Source: an uncultured delta proteobacterium (lineage in GTDB: Bacteria; Desulfobacterota; Binatia; Binatales; Binataceae). Taken from it: 64,000 nucleotides of DNA. Shown here one piece after another: positions 1 through 10,499 of the stretch. The stretch lies in NCBI GenBank assembly GCA_963765675.1, contig CAVXXK010000001.1:288001-352000 (forward strand), read 5' to 3'. Under the pieces are notes generated by a model. That model had not been told where the DNA came from. It worked only from the letters and a program-made list of their open reading frames with translations, and ran no database searches. Position 1 is the first letter of the stretch, and each line of letters begins with the position of its first letter. A program made the translations under genes and the position numbers.

Positions 1-362
1 GTCGGCCGACGCGAAGCGTCATCTGGGTACGAGAGAAATCGCAGAGCGGCTTCTCACCCGCACGGTCATCGGCATGCGAAGACGGGCGCGTCGCGACGCG
101 CCCCTACGAATTGAATCTGTTTTAATAGGGGCGGCTCTCGAGCCGCCCGCTCGCATGGCCTCGATCAACATCGGTCAACCCTGTCCGTCATCCTGCCATG
201 AAAGTCGGTGGAGCGATGAGTATCGTAATCTGAGCCAAGCCCTCCGGCCGTCATTTCGAGCGCTGCGGAGAAATCCCGAGGCGGCCATGCTCGACGCGAA
301 CATCACGTGCTGCGACTCTTCGATCGGGATTCCTCGCGCGGCAGCCACGCGCGGGAATGACA
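1..362. repeat. Intergenic mosaic of REP-like palindromes
   Basis: 75-111 matches 51155-51192 and 56173-56209 (reverse orientation). 1-50 matches 51451-51498 in reverse complement. 325-362 is 37/38 identical to 47481-47518. 249-283 resembles 54422-54452. Confidence 0.8.
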
Positions 363-554
363 ACCGCAGAGACGGGAGAGCGTATCATCCACCTACTTGT
401 TTCGCTTGGCGATCACCTGTAGCATCTTCGCCTGAAGCCAATGACGGCTCTCACGCGCGTCGGATTCCGCGACGCCACACTCCAATCGCTCGACCCAGTA
501 TTCTGGCCTTCGCGCCAGACTCGAATCCGGGGGTTTTGCACCTGAGGTACTCTT

Positions 555-1772
555 TTGTCCTTTTCCGATTTTAACCTTTCACCCGAAATTCTTCGCGCGC
601 TCGCCGACCGCGGGCATCATGACCCGACCCCGATCCAAGACGGCGCAATTCCAGCCGCCCTCGAAGGACGCGATATCGTCGCCACTGCCGAGACCGGCAG
701 CGGAAAGACTTGCGCCTTTTTGGCGCCGACGCTCGACCGGTTGCATCGCAAGCACACCAATCATCTGGCCGCGATCGTTATTACTCCGACACGCGAGCTT
801 GCCGCGCAGGTCGGCCGCGAATTCCAGTTACTCGCGCGCCATCTGAAACTGCGCGCGGCAGTCGTGGTCGGCGGGGAATCCGAAAAACGTCAGATCGACG
901 AAATCCGCAAGGGCGCCCATGTTCTGATCGCGTGCCCGGGCCGCCTGATCGACTATCTCGAGCGCCACATCGTGAAGCTCGACCGGGTCGAGATCGTGAT
1001 CATCGACGAGGCCGACCGCCTGCTCGACATGGGTTTTCTGCCTCAGTTGCGCCGGATCATGAAGATGGTGCCGAAGCAGCGGCAGACCTTGATGTTCTCG
1101 GCGACGATGGCCTCGGGACCCGAGATGATCGCGCGCGAATTCCTGCACGAGCCTACGCGCGTGACGATCGGCTCCAAGCCCGCGCCACCCGCGAGTATCC
1201 GGCAGGCGATCTATCCGGTCGCGCTCGAAGACAAATCCAAGATGCTGCTGGAAATCCTGAAACGGCCCGAGATCGAAAGCGCGATCGTCTTTACTCGCAC
1301 CAAGAGCCGCGCCGATCGGGTCGCCAAGCTCCTCCAGCGCAACGACATCCGCGCGGTCCAGATTCATGGCGACCGCTCGCAGAGCCAGCGCAACGCCGCG
1401 CTGGCGGGATTCAAAGCGCGCCGCTACCGCGTGATGGTCGCGACCGACGTTGCGGCGCGCGGACTCGATATTCCCGACGTCTCGCACGTGATTAATTTCG
1501 ATCTTCCCGACGAGAGTGAGAATTATATCCATCGCATCGGCCGCACCGCCCGGATGGGCAAAGCGGGCGAGGCGATCTCGCTGGTCACGCCCGAAGAGCG
1601 GGTCACGCTGGCGCGCCTGGAGCGCACGCTCGGCGGCGAGCTCGATCGCGAGCACGTCGAGGGTTTCAACCGACTCGAAATCGCGCCGGCCAAACCGGTC
1701 AAGCTGTTCCGATCGGCGGGAGCGGGACGCAATCGTTCGCCGCGCAATCGCACACGTTCACGCTGGGCCTGA
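555..1772 (+). CDS. rhlE: DEAD-box ATP-dependent RNA helicase (RhlE-like)
   Basis: Q motif PTPIQ, AETGSGKT, PTRELA, DEAD, SAT, ARGLD, HRIGRTAR; basic C-terminal tail; TTG start. Confidence 0.9.
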   Translation: MSFSDFNLSPEILRALADRGHHDPTPIQDGAIPAALEGRDIVATAETGSGKTCAFLAPTLDRLHRKHTNHLAAIVITPTRELAAQVGREFQLLARHLKLRAAVVVGGESEKRQIDEIRKGAHVLIACPGRLIDYLERHIVKLDRVEIVIIDEADRLLDMGFLPQLRRIMKMVPKQRQTLMFSATMASGPEMIAREFLHEPTRVTIGSKPAPPASIRQAIYPVALEDKSKMLLEILKRPEIESAIVFTRTKSRADRVAKLLQRNDIRAVQIHGDRSQSQRNAALAGFKARRYRVMVATDVAARGLDIPDVSHVINFDLPDESENYIHRIGRTARMGKAGEAISLVTPEERVTLARLERTLGGELDREHVEGFNRLEIAPAKPVKLFRSAGAGRNRSPRNRTRSRWA

Positions 1773-1793
1773 AAAACCTGACTGACAGACAAG

Positions 1794-1830
1794 AGCGCGG
1801 CGCGCATAATGCGCGCCACGCTTATTTTTT
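1794..1830 (+). terminator. Intrinsic terminator after the helicase
   Basis: GGCGCGCA-TAA-TGCGCGCC stem followed by a T run, between convergent genes. Confidence 0.7.
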
Positions 1831-1847
1831 GCCCTCGAAATCGCCGC

Positions 1848-2567
1848 TCAATCTTTCGGAATCGCACCGACCAGCGACGCACGCTGCGAAATCTCGATCC
1901 AGTTGCCGTCGGGATCGCGGATAAACGAAATCCGCGCAACTGTGCCGAGCGTCACCGGCGCAGCGCCCTCCCGCACGCCCATCGACAGGAATCGCCGATG
2001 CTCCGCGTCGCAGTCGCGCACCTGGATCGTGATGTACCGGAAGCCGATCGCGCGCATCCCGGCGATCACCTGCGCGGCTGGAGCCGAGGGCGCATCTTCG
2101 GCGCGGCGCGCGGCGGAGTCGTGCGCAAAGCTGATCATGGTTTCGCCGATCTTGTAGTGACGCGCATCGATCTTTTCGCCGCCCAGCGCTTCGCCGTAAA
2201 AGCGCGCGAACGCGGCTTCATCGGTCACCGCGATATGGATCTCGATCTGATTGATGCCGCGCTGACCGGTCGGCACCAGCTCGATCTCGTTGCCGTCGGG
2301 ATCAGCCATGCGCATCGGAATCGGCGTGCGCGAATCCGCGATCGTGACGCGCGAGTATCCACCCGCGACGCGCGCGGGCAGCGCCTCGCGCGATTCGTTC
2401 AGCTTCAGCACCGAGCCATGCAGGCCCATGCGATGCTGCCGCATGCCGCCACCGAGCGGCAGGATCTCCTCGAACGGCAGCCGCAATCGCTCGGTGTAAA
2501 ACGCGCGCAGCTCTTCTACCCGGTTGGTAAAGAAGCCCACATCGACGAATCGTTTGGCCAGTTCCAT
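1848..2567 (-). CDS. VOC/glyoxalase-family protein (two VOC repeats)
   Basis: FY..LG segments and two DPDGNxIEL/I motifs. Confidence 0.85.
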   Translation of the reverse strand: MELAKRFVDVGFFTNRVEELRAFYTERLRLPFEEILPLGGGMRQHRMGLHGSVLKLNESREALPARVAGGYSRVTIADSRTPIPMRMADPDGNEIELVPTGQRGINQIEIHIAVTDEAAFARFYGEALGGEKIDARHYKIGETMISFAHDSAARRAEDAPSAPAAQVIAGMRAIGFRYITIQVRDCDAEHRRFLSMGVREGAAPVTLGTVARISFIRDPDGNWIEISQRASLVGAIPKD

Positions 2568-2624
2568 AGATTATCTCCGCTACCATATCGCGCCGCCGCG
2601 GCGCCATCGCATGACGCGCCGTCC

Positions 2625-5600
2625 TCACGCGCGATGCGGCCGTAGGGTGCCACGCCTCAGCGCGCGTTCCTTCATCATCGCGAAGAATACCGGCACCAGG
2701 ATCAGCACGTGAATCGTTGACGTGACCATCCCGCCAACGATCGGCGCCGCGATCGGCTTCATCACGTCGGCGCCGATTCCCGACTCCCACAGTATCGGCG
2801 CCAGGCTCAGCATCACCACCGCGACCGTCATCAGCTTCGGGCGCAGGCGATGCACCGCGCCGTCGATCGCGGCCTCTTCGATCGCGGCGTGATCGACGGT
2901 GCCCGCGGCAAGCCGACGGTCGAGCGCTTCGTCCAGATAGATCACCATCACGACTCCAGTCTCGACCGCGATTCCGAACAGATCGATATAGCCGATCGCG
3001 ACCGCGACGCTGAAGTCGTAGCCGAGGAACCATTGCAGCAAGAGTCCGCCCGTCAGCGCGTACACGCATGGAAACAACAGGACCAGCGTCTCCGCCACAG
3101 AGCCGAACAGCATGTAGAGCAGCACGAAAATCGCCGCGAACACTATCGGCAGAATGAGCGTCAGGCTTCGGCGCGCACGCAACTCGAACTCGTACTCGCC
3201 CGACCATTTGAACGAGTAACCGGGCGGCATCTTGAGGTGCTGATCGAGCAGGCGCTGGGCGTGATCGACGTAGCCGCCGTAGTCGCTGGTCGAGAGATCG
3301 ACGTACACGTAGCCGGTCAGCTCGCCGTCCTCGTCGCGGATCATCGTGGGTCCGGGAGCGACCGCGATCGACGCGACCTCGCTCAGTGGAACCTGCGCGC
3401 CAGACGGGGTCGCGAGCAGCACCGCACCGAGCGCCTCAGGATTCGAGCGATAGTCACTCAGGTAGCGCACGCTGATCGGAAACCGCTCGCGTCCGTTGAT
3501 AACGGTCGAGATATTGTCGCCACCGATCGCCGACCTGACCGCCGTCTGGATGTCGTCGACCGTCAATCCGTAACGCGCCGCAACCGCGCGGTTCGGCGTG
3601 ACGTTGATATAGAAGCCCTGCGACACGCGCTCGGCGAATACTCCGCGCGTGCCCGGCATACTGCCCAGAATCTCCTCCATCGCGAGGCCGATTCGCTGAA
3701 TCTCTTCTAGGTTTGGACCCTGGATTTTCAGCCCGACCGGAGTTTTGATTCCGGTAAGCTCCATGTCGAGACGATTCCCGACCGGCATCGTCCAGGTGTT
3801 CGCGAGCCCCGGGAAATGAAGCTTCGCGTCCATCGCTGCGACCAGGCGATCGTAAGTCATACCGGCAGGCCACTGGTTGCGCGGCTTCAGCATCACCGTC
3901 GTATCGAACATGTCCATCGGCGCGTTGTCGGTCGCGCTGTCGGAGCGACCCACGGTGCCGAACACGCTTTCGACTTCCGGGAACGCGCGGATAATCCGGT
4001 CCTGCTGCTGCAACAGCGCCGTCGCCGACGTGATCGAGAGGCCGGGCAGAGCAGTAGGCATATAGAGCATCGAGCCCTCGAACAACGGCGGCATGAACTG
4101 GCTTCCGATCTTGAGCACCAGCGGCAAGGTCAGCGCGAGGAAGGCCAGGTTGGCGACGATCGTTATCGCGCGATGCCGCAGGCACCACTTGATCACAGGC
4201 CGGTAGAGCGCCTGAAAAAATCGCGAGAGCGGATTTTCATTCTCGGGACGAATCCGCCCGCGAATCAGCCACAGCATCAGGATCGGAACGATCGTCACCG
4301 CCAGGATCGACGACGACGAAATCGCCAGCGTCTTGGTCCAGGCCAGCGGCCGGAACATCCGCCCCTCCTGCGCCTCAAGCATGAACACGGGCAGAAACGA
4401 GACCACGATTATCAGGAGCGAGTAGAACAGTGGGCGGCCGACCTGCTTCGCCGCGCCGAGCAGCACGCGATCGCGCTCGCCCGCTTGGGGAGCCGTCATG
4501 CTGTCGCGGCCGTGGTTTGCAATCCAGTCGCCCAGATGGCGATGCCCGTTTTCCACCATCACGATCGACGCATCGACCAGCACCCCGATCGCGAGTGCGA
4601 ATCCGCCGAGCGACATGATGTTCGAGCTCACGTGCAGGAAGTACATCGGGATGAACGACGCGAGCAGCGCGAGCGGGATCGAGGCGATCGGGATCAGCGC
4701 CGAGCGGAAGTGCCACAAGAACACGATGATCACCAGGCTCACGATGATCGCTTCCTCGACCAGGGCGCGGCGCAGGGTCTGGATCGAATCGCTGATCAGG
4801 CCCGCGCGATCGTAGCCCGCGACGATCTCGACGCCCGGCGGGAGCGTCTTCTGAACCTCTGTGATGCGCTGCTTGATGCCGTCGATAACGCGGAGCGCGT
4901 TTTCGCCGTCGCGCATCACGACGATCCCGCCGACCACTTCGCCCTGGCCGTCATAATCCGCCGCGCCTTCGCGCAGGTCGGGACCGAAGCTCACGACGCC
5001 AAGGTCGCGGATCAGGACCGGAGTGCCGCCATGATCGGCGACCGGAATATTTTCGAGATCGGCGAGCGACTTGATATAGCCGAGCCCGCGAATCTGGTAG
5101 TCGGCGCCCGACATCTCGAGCACGCGGCCGCCGACCTCGTTGTTGCTCGCGCGGATTTTGTCGATCACGGTCTGGAGCGGCACCTTTAGCGCCAGCATCC
5201 GGTTCGGATCGAGTTTGACCTGGTACTGGCGCACGAATCCGCCGATCGTGGCGACCTCGGCGACGCCGGGCACGGTTTCGAGCGCGTAGCGGATCTTCCA
5301 GTCTTGCAGCGCACGCAAATCCGCCAGGCTCTGGCTGTGCCCGCGATCGACCAGCACGTATTCGTAAACCCATCCGGCGCCGGTCGCGTCGGGGCCAAGC
5401 GTCGGCGAGACCCCGGCTGGGAGGCGCCCGGCGAGTTGCTGCATATATTCCAGCACGCGCGAGCGCGCCCAGTAGAGATCGGTGCCGTCCTGGAACACGA
5501 CGTACACGTACGAATCGTTGGCCATTGTCTGCGCGCGAACCGCCTTGACCTTCGGCGCCGCCAGCATTGCGGTAACGATCGGATAGGTCACCTGGTCCTC

Positions 5601-5783
5601 GATCAACTGCGGCGGCTGTCCCATCCATTGCGTGTGGATGATCACCTGCACGTCGGAGATATCGGGCAGCGCGTCGAGCGGAGCATGCTCGATCGACCAT
5701 CCGCCCCCGAGCACGATCACCAGGACGGCGAGACCGACCAGAAAGCGGTTGCGATTGCACGAATCGATTATATGTTCGATCAT
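2625..5783 (-). CDS. cusA: CusA/CzcA-family heavy-metal RND efflux permease
   Basis: LDALPDISDVQVII, IEDQVTYP, LGPDATG, VDASIVMVEN, RLRPKLMT; 1052 aa. Confidence 0.95.
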   Translation of the reverse strand: MIEHIIDSCNRNRFLVGLAVLVIVLGGGWSIEHAPLDALPDISDVQVIIHTQWMGQPPQLIEDQVTYPIVTAMLAAPKVKAVRAQTMANDSYVYVVFQDGTDLYWARSRVLEYMQQLAGRLPAGVSPTLGPDATGAGWVYEYVLVDRGHSQSLADLRALQDWKIRYALETVPGVAEVATIGGFVRQYQVKLDPNRMLALKVPLQTVIDKIRASNNEVGGRVLEMSGADYQIRGLGYIKSLADLENIPVADHGGTPVLIRDLGVVSFGPDLREGAADYDGQGEVVGGIVVMRDGENALRVIDGIKQRITEVQKTLPPGVEIVAGYDRAGLISDSIQTLRRALVEEAIIVSLVIIVFLWHFRSALIPIASIPLALLASFIPMYFLHVSSNIMSLGGFALAIGVLVDASIVMVENGHRHLGDWIANHGRDSMTAPQAGERDRVLLGAAKQVGRPLFYSLLIIVVSFLPVFMLEAQEGRMFRPLAWTKTLAISSSSILAVTIVPILMLWLIRGRIRPENENPLSRFFQALYRPVIKWCLRHRAITIVANLAFLALTLPLVLKIGSQFMPPLFEGSMLYMPTALPGLSITSATALLQQQDRIIRAFPEVESVFGTVGRSDSATDNAPMDMFDTTVMLKPRNQWPAGMTYDRLVAAMDAKLHFPGLANTWTMPVGNRLDMELTGIKTPVGLKIQGPNLEEIQRIGLAMEEILGSMPGTRGVFAERVSQGFYINVTPNRAVAARYGLTVDDIQTAVRSAIGGDNISTVINGRERFPISVRYLSDYRSNPEALGAVLLATPSGAQVPLSEVASIAVAPGPTMIRDEDGELTGYVYVDLSTSDYGGYVDHAQRLLDQHLKMPPGYSFKWSGEYEFELRARRSLTLILPIVFAAIFVLLYMLFGSVAETLVLLFPCVYALTGGLLLQWFLGYDFSVAVAIGYIDLFGIAVETGVVMVIYLDEALDRRLAAGTVDHAAIEEAAIDGAVHRLRPKLMTVAVVMLSLAPILWESGIGADVMKPIAAPIVGGMVTSTIHVLILVPVFFAMMKERALRRGTLRPHRA

Positions 5784-5798
5784 TTGCGTCGCTCCCGG

Positions 5799-7280
5799 TT
5801 ACATCGCCATCGGTCCGCTGACCGTGATGCTCATCCGTCTGGTCGCGATCGTGCGGCCGGCTTTTTCCGCGGACACCGTGACGGTAAAGGTCCCTCCGCT
5901 GGCGAGCGTTATCTCTGCGCCGTATTTGCCGCTGCCCTGATCGGCAAGAGCGGACTCGGCGCGGATCGCCGCCATCCCCATCGAGGGCATTGCCGGCATG
6001 AAGAAGACCACCTGCACCTTCGCGCCGGTGATCGGAGCGCCGCTCGGATTCGAGAGCGTTACCCGCACCGCGTTCTTACCTTTCGCTGGCGGGGACGGAT
6101 CGGTGGTGATAGCGAGCATCGCTGGGGGCGTGGCGCTTTGACCAGCGTTTGCGACCGCCTGTTGAGTCGAACCAGGCGGAGGCGGAGTGTAGCCGCCAAT
6201 CGCGGCCTGGAGCTGGCTTTCGGAATCGATCAGGAAATTCGCCGAGCTCACGACGCGATCGCGCGCGCGCAGACCTTTGCGCACGACAAAGTTGTCGCCG
6301 ACGCGCGCGCGCAGCTCGACCTCGACCGGAGTCAGATAGCCGTCGCCCTGATCGACGAACACGATATTGTGCGTCCCGGTCTGCAGCACTCCGGCGGCGG
6401 GAATCACCAACGCGCGTCCTAGCCTCGGCGTGAGCGCGACCTGCACAAACATCCCAAGCTTCAGCGCGGCATCGGGGTTATTGAGCACGGTGCGCACCCG
6501 CGCGGTGCGCGTGACCGGATCGATCGAGGGCCAGATGGAATCGACCTTGCCGCTGAAGATTCTGCCCGGATACGAATCGACGGTGATCGCAGCCGGGTCA
6601 CCGATTTTGATCTCGCCCAGACGATCTTGAAAGACCGCGGCGTAGACCCAAATCGTGTCGAGATTTGCGATCGTGTAAAGACGCGTCGAAGGATCGGCGT
6701 ACATATTCGGCAGCGCGGCGCGATCGGTGATATAGCCGGTCGCAGGCGAATCGATTTCGATTTCGCTATGGACAGTGCGCTCGCGTTCGAGGCGGCGAAT
6801 CTCGCGTTCGGGAACGCCGAACAGGCGCAGCCGATCGAGCGACGCCGCGACCATCGTGTTGGCTCCTCCCGCTACGCCCTCGACGGTGCTGTCCTTCACG
6901 CCGGCTCGCTCGCCAAGTGCGATCAGATATTCGTTCTCGGCGTTTACGAGGTCGGGACTGTAGATCGTGAAGAGCGCCTGGCCGCGACGCACGAGCTGCC
7001 AGTTCTGATTGGCGAAAACGCTGCGGATCCATCCCGGAAACCGCGTCTGGACATAGCTTTCGCGCTGCTCGTCGGCCTCGACGGTGCCGGTTGCATCGAT
7101 CCGGTCGGTAAGTGCGCGCTCCTCCACGGTCGCGAATTTGAGACCAATCATCTGGCGTCGCTCGGGCGGCACTTCGATCGGGACCAGGTGCGGGGCTCCC
7201 GCGCCTTGCGCGCGCGGGTGGCGTGGCGGCGTGACGAGCGCGATCCACAGAATCGCGAAGGCAAATATTGTGCGCTTCAT
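5799..7280 (-). CDS. cusB: CusB-like RND periplasmic adaptor with a C-terminal YtkA/FixH-like domain
   Basis: LFTIYSPDL, VVSSANFLIDSES; C-terminal extension containing MPAMPSMGM. Confidence 0.9.
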   Translation of the reverse strand: MKRTIFAFAILWIALVTPPRHPRAQGAGAPHLVPIEVPPERRQMIGLKFATVEERALTDRIDATGTVEADEQRESYVQTRFPGWIRSVFANQNWQLVRRGQALFTIYSPDLVNAENEYLIALGERAGVKDSTVEGVAGGANTMVAASLDRLRLFGVPEREIRRLERERTVHSEIEIDSPATGYITDRAALPNMYADPSTRLYTIANLDTIWVYAAVFQDRLGEIKIGDPAAITVDSYPGRIFSGKVDSIWPSIDPVTRTARVRTVLNNPDAALKLGMFVQVALTPRLGRALVIPAAGVLQTGTHNIVFVDQGDGYLTPVEVELRARVGDNFVVRKGLRARDRVVSSANFLIDSESQLQAAIGGYTPPPPGSTQQAVANAGQSATPPAMLAITTDPSPPAKGKNAVRVTLSNPSGAPITGAKVQVVFFMPAMPSMGMAAIRAESALADQGSGKYGAEITLASGGTFTVTVSAEKAGRTIATRRMSITVSGPMAM

Positions 7281-8572
7281 GAATTTGCTCCGATGATCCG
7301 CTCGACATGCGCGACCGCAATCTCGTGGTCCGCGATCGCACGCAGGTAGCCCTCGCGCAATTCGAGTACCGCGGTCACCGCCGAGAGCATCGTCTGGAAA
7401 TCGACTTTGCCGGTGCGATACGCGGCGCGCGCCGAGTTCATCGTCGCCTCGGATTGCGGAATCAGCCCGTCGCGGTACATCGCGATAATCCGGGTCTGGG
7501 TGCGAATCGAAACGAGGCTCGCCTGCAGGTCGGATAGCGTCGCCAAGCGCGCCGCGCGCAGCGCACTTTGGGCAGAGTGCTTTTCAAGCGCGGCCTGCTC
7601 GACCGCGGGAGTCTGCTTGCGCCAGAAGTAAAGTGGAATCTTCGCGCCGATCGAGAACATGTAGTAGTCGGCGAAGCCCGGCCCGGTCTTCTCGTACGTG
7701 TAGCCGACGTCAAAGTCGGGCCAGTAATCGTGACGCGCCAGCTCGAGCGCATTTTCGCTGCGCGCGACCGCGGTTTGCGCCATCTTCAGCTCCGGAGAAT
7801 CGGCGTCCGCGGCGGCCACGATTTCCGTTTCGCCGAGCTTGAGCGTGGTCGGTGTGATGTCGCCGATCTCGATATTGCGCGAATCCTGCTCGCGCCCGAG
7901 CATCGCCTTGAGATTCGCCTCGGCCACCTGGGTATCGTCGTGATTCAGCTCGAGCTGCTTGAGTATCGCGGTCGCCGCGAGCTGCGCCTTGAGCACGTCC
8001 TGCTGCTGCGCGCTGCCGGTGCGATATTGTGCCGCGGTAGCGCCGGCGATCGACGCGAGATCGACGCGCGTCTGTTCGAGCAGGCTGCGCGAGCGCGTCA
8101 GAAGGAAGAGATTGAACGCGTCGTCGCGGACCTTCTCGGCGACGTTGCGCTCTGCGGCGACGACGCTCTCGCCGGCGGTCTCGGCGTCTTTCTTCGCCTG
8201 CTCCGCGCGGAGCCTCAACTTTCCGGGTCCGGGAATTTCCTGCGAGAAGCCGAATCCGGTGTAGTAGAAATTGCTCGATTCATAGCCGGAAAACGGCTGT
8301 GGACTGCCGACCGTAAAATGCTGGAGCGAGATTTCCGGGTCGGGCAGGGTCGCGGCCTGGACCGGCACGCGCGTGGTTGCCTGCCAATGGCTTTGCGCGG
8401 CGGCGATCTCCGGGCTCGCGCGCATCGCCTCGCTCACCAGCGCGTCGACGGTAACTGGTGCGTCGCTTTGATCCGCCGATCCGCGCCCTGCGGAAAGTCC
8501 GATCCCGATCACGACTGCAAGCGCAAGCTGTGCGGAAACCCTTTTTCGCCGCGCCTTATGTTTCGGCTCCAT
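7277..8572 (-). CDS. TolC-family outer membrane efflux protein
   Basis: Signal peptide, ATLPDP, QEIPGPGKL, Y.TG repeats; 4-bp overlap with the adaptor gene. Confidence 0.9.
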   Translation of the reverse strand: MEPKHKARRKRVSAQLALAVVIGIGLSAGRGSADQSDAPVTVDALVSEAMRASPEIAAAQSHWQATTRVPVQAATLPDPEISLQHFTVGSPQPFSGYESSNFYYTGFGFSQEIPGPGKLRLRAEQAKKDAETAGESVVAAERNVAEKVRDDAFNLFLLTRSRSLLEQTRVDLASIAGATAAQYRTGSAQQQDVLKAQLAATAILKQLELNHDDTQVAEANLKAMLGREQDSRNIEIGDITPTTLKLGETEIVAAADADSPELKMAQTAVARSENALELARHDYWPDFDVGYTYEKTGPGFADYYMFSIGAKIPLYFWRKQTPAVEQAALEKHSAQSALRAARLATLSDLQASLVSIRTQTRIIAMYRDGLIPQSEATMNSARAAYRTGKVDFQTMLSAVTAVLELREGYLRAIADHEIAVAHVERIIGANS

Positions 8573-8718
8573 CTCGATTCACCCATCGCGTAAGTCTGAT
8601 TCGCCACGCACGATCGTGCGCGAGCGAGATTCCTCAACTGCGATTCGCGGCTCGGTGCGCGCAGGGGCGCATCGGCGCGAGTGATCGCGCTCAAAGAGTC
8701 ATTAACAATTTGGCGAAA

Positions 8719-9119
8719 TCAGATCTGGAACGAGCAGAGCCGCACCGGCGAAGGCGATTCCACGGGCGGAGATTCATCCGCGCGAGGATCGTCACCGCGA
8801 TGTCCCTTAGGGGAGTCAGGACGGCGAACCAGGACGCGGGCACGTGGCGATGCGCACTCGGCTCTTGAACCGACGACTTGGCAGACGCGACGGTAGCATC
8901 GTGCGGCGCGACGCGGCAGCACCGCGTGGCGTCGCGGCTATTCGGCGCAGGCGCCGGACAGGAAGTCGAGCAGCAGGTGCGCGCCGCGGAGGCGTTCAGC
9001 CCTGCCGTCGCGATCCCGCCGCTAGAGGCGAGCATCGCAAACGCAAGCAGGAACATGGCTGCACGCCGGAGCATCGCACCTAGGCTAAGGCGCGCGGCGA
9101 TCTTGCGCAATACCGTCAA
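8719..9119 (-). CDS. Cys-rich leader/metal-binding small protein upstream of the cus operon (apparent frameshift)
   Basis: Hydrophobic N-terminus and CCSTSC..CC in frame 8691..9119; the Pro-rich end ESPPVESPSPVRLCSFQI* lies in frame 8719..8922. Confidence 0.5.
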
Positions 9120-9206
9120 TCCATTCGGTTTCTGCGCGCGCTTCTATTTTTTTCCTATCTGGGTTATGTCTAGCCTGATCAATCACCATACCCGCGAGGA
9201 TGAGAG

Positions 9207-10397
9207 ATGGACTTTTCGCTTAGCCCGAAGACCGAAGATTTGCGCAAACGCGTTTCCGCCTTCATGGACCAGTACGTCTATCCGGCCGAGAAGGTCGTGA
9301 TTACGCAGGAGCGCGCCGATTCCCACGAAGAACATCCGGTAATGAAAGACATCAGGAAGAAGGCCAAGGCTGAAAAGCTCTGGAACCTTTTCCTGCCCGA
9401 CGAGAAGTGGGGCGCCGGCCTCAAGAACTACGAATACGCCCCGCTGTGCGAGGTCATGGGCCGCAGCCCGCTCGGCGCGCGTGCGTTTAACTGCATGGCG
9501 CCCGACACCGGCAACATGGAAATCCTGACCGAGTTCGGCACCGACGAGCAGAAGCAGAAGTGGCTTAAGCCTCTGCTCGAAGGCGAGATGCGCACCTGCT
9601 TTTCGATGACCGAGCCCGACACCGCGGGCTCCGATCCGACTCTGCTCAAGACCCGCGCCGTGCGCGACGGCGACTACTACGTGATCAACGGCCACAAGTG
9701 GTTCACCTCGAACGCGATCGGCTCGGCCTTCGCGATCGCGATGGTGGTGACCGACCCCGAGGCGGAATCGCATCGCCGTGCGAGCCAGATTATCGTCCCG
9801 ACCGATACTCCCGGATTCAATATGGTTCGTCCGGTGCCGGTGATGGGCCATACCGGGGGCGGCGGACATTGCGAGATCATCTATAAGGATTGCCGCGTGC
9901 CGATCACCAACGTGCTCGGGCGCGAGGGCGACGGCTTTGCGATTTCGCAGGCCCGTCTCGGACCGGGCCGAATCCATCATTGTATGCGCACGATCGGAAC
10001 CGCCGAGCGCGCGATCGAGCTGATGTGCAAGCGCGCCAATGTACGCTTTACCCACGGCAGCCTGCTCGCCGACAAGGCGAATATCCAGGAATGGATCGCC
10101 GACTCGCGAATCGAGGTCGACTCCGCGCGACTGATGGTGATGAACGCGGCGTGGCAGATGGACACTCTCGGCAAGAAAGAAGCGCGCCAGCAGATCTCGA
10201 TGATCAAAGTGCAGTGCGCGAACATGGTGATGCGCGTGCTCGACCGCGCGATCCAGCTCTACGGCGCGGCCGGGGTGAGCGACGATTATCCTCTGGCGCG
10301 GATGTGGCGCGAGGGCCGCGCGCTAAGGATCGCCGACGGTCCCGACGAAGTGCATCGCCAGACGATCGCGCGCCGCGAGCTGCGCAAATGGAAGTAG
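9207..10397 (+). CDS. Acyl-CoA dehydrogenase (ACAD10/11-like)
   Basis: APDTGNME, FSMTEP, INGHKWF, RLGPGRIHHCMR, RIADGPDEVH. Confidence 0.95.
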   Translation: MDFSLSPKTEDLRKRVSAFMDQYVYPAEKVVITQERADSHEEHPVMKDIRKKAKAEKLWNLFLPDEKWGAGLKNYEYAPLCEVMGRSPLGARAFNCMAPDTGNMEILTEFGTDEQKQKWLKPLLEGEMRTCFSMTEPDTAGSDPTLLKTRAVRDGDYYVINGHKWFTSNAIGSAFAIAMVVTDPEAESHRRASQIIVPTDTPGFNMVRPVPVMGHTGGGGHCEIIYKDCRVPITNVLGREGDGFAISQARLGPGRIHHCMRTIGTAERAIELMCKRANVRFTHGSLLADKANIQEWIADSRIEVDSARLMVMNAAWQMDTLGKKEARQQISMIKVQCANMVMRVLDRAIQLYGAAGVSDDYPLARMWREGRALRIADGPDEVHRQTIARRELRKWK

Positions 10398-10499
10398 TCA
10401 ATTAGCCAGCTACTATACTGGGCGCTCGTTCCTCGGGGGCGGGCGCCCGTTGCTTTGCATCTGAGTAATGAATTTGGCGGCAACTGAGACTGACCCATC

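Noticed and set aside
74-574. 166-aa ORF at the window start
   Set aside because: It runs through REP palindromes and has no protein-like features.
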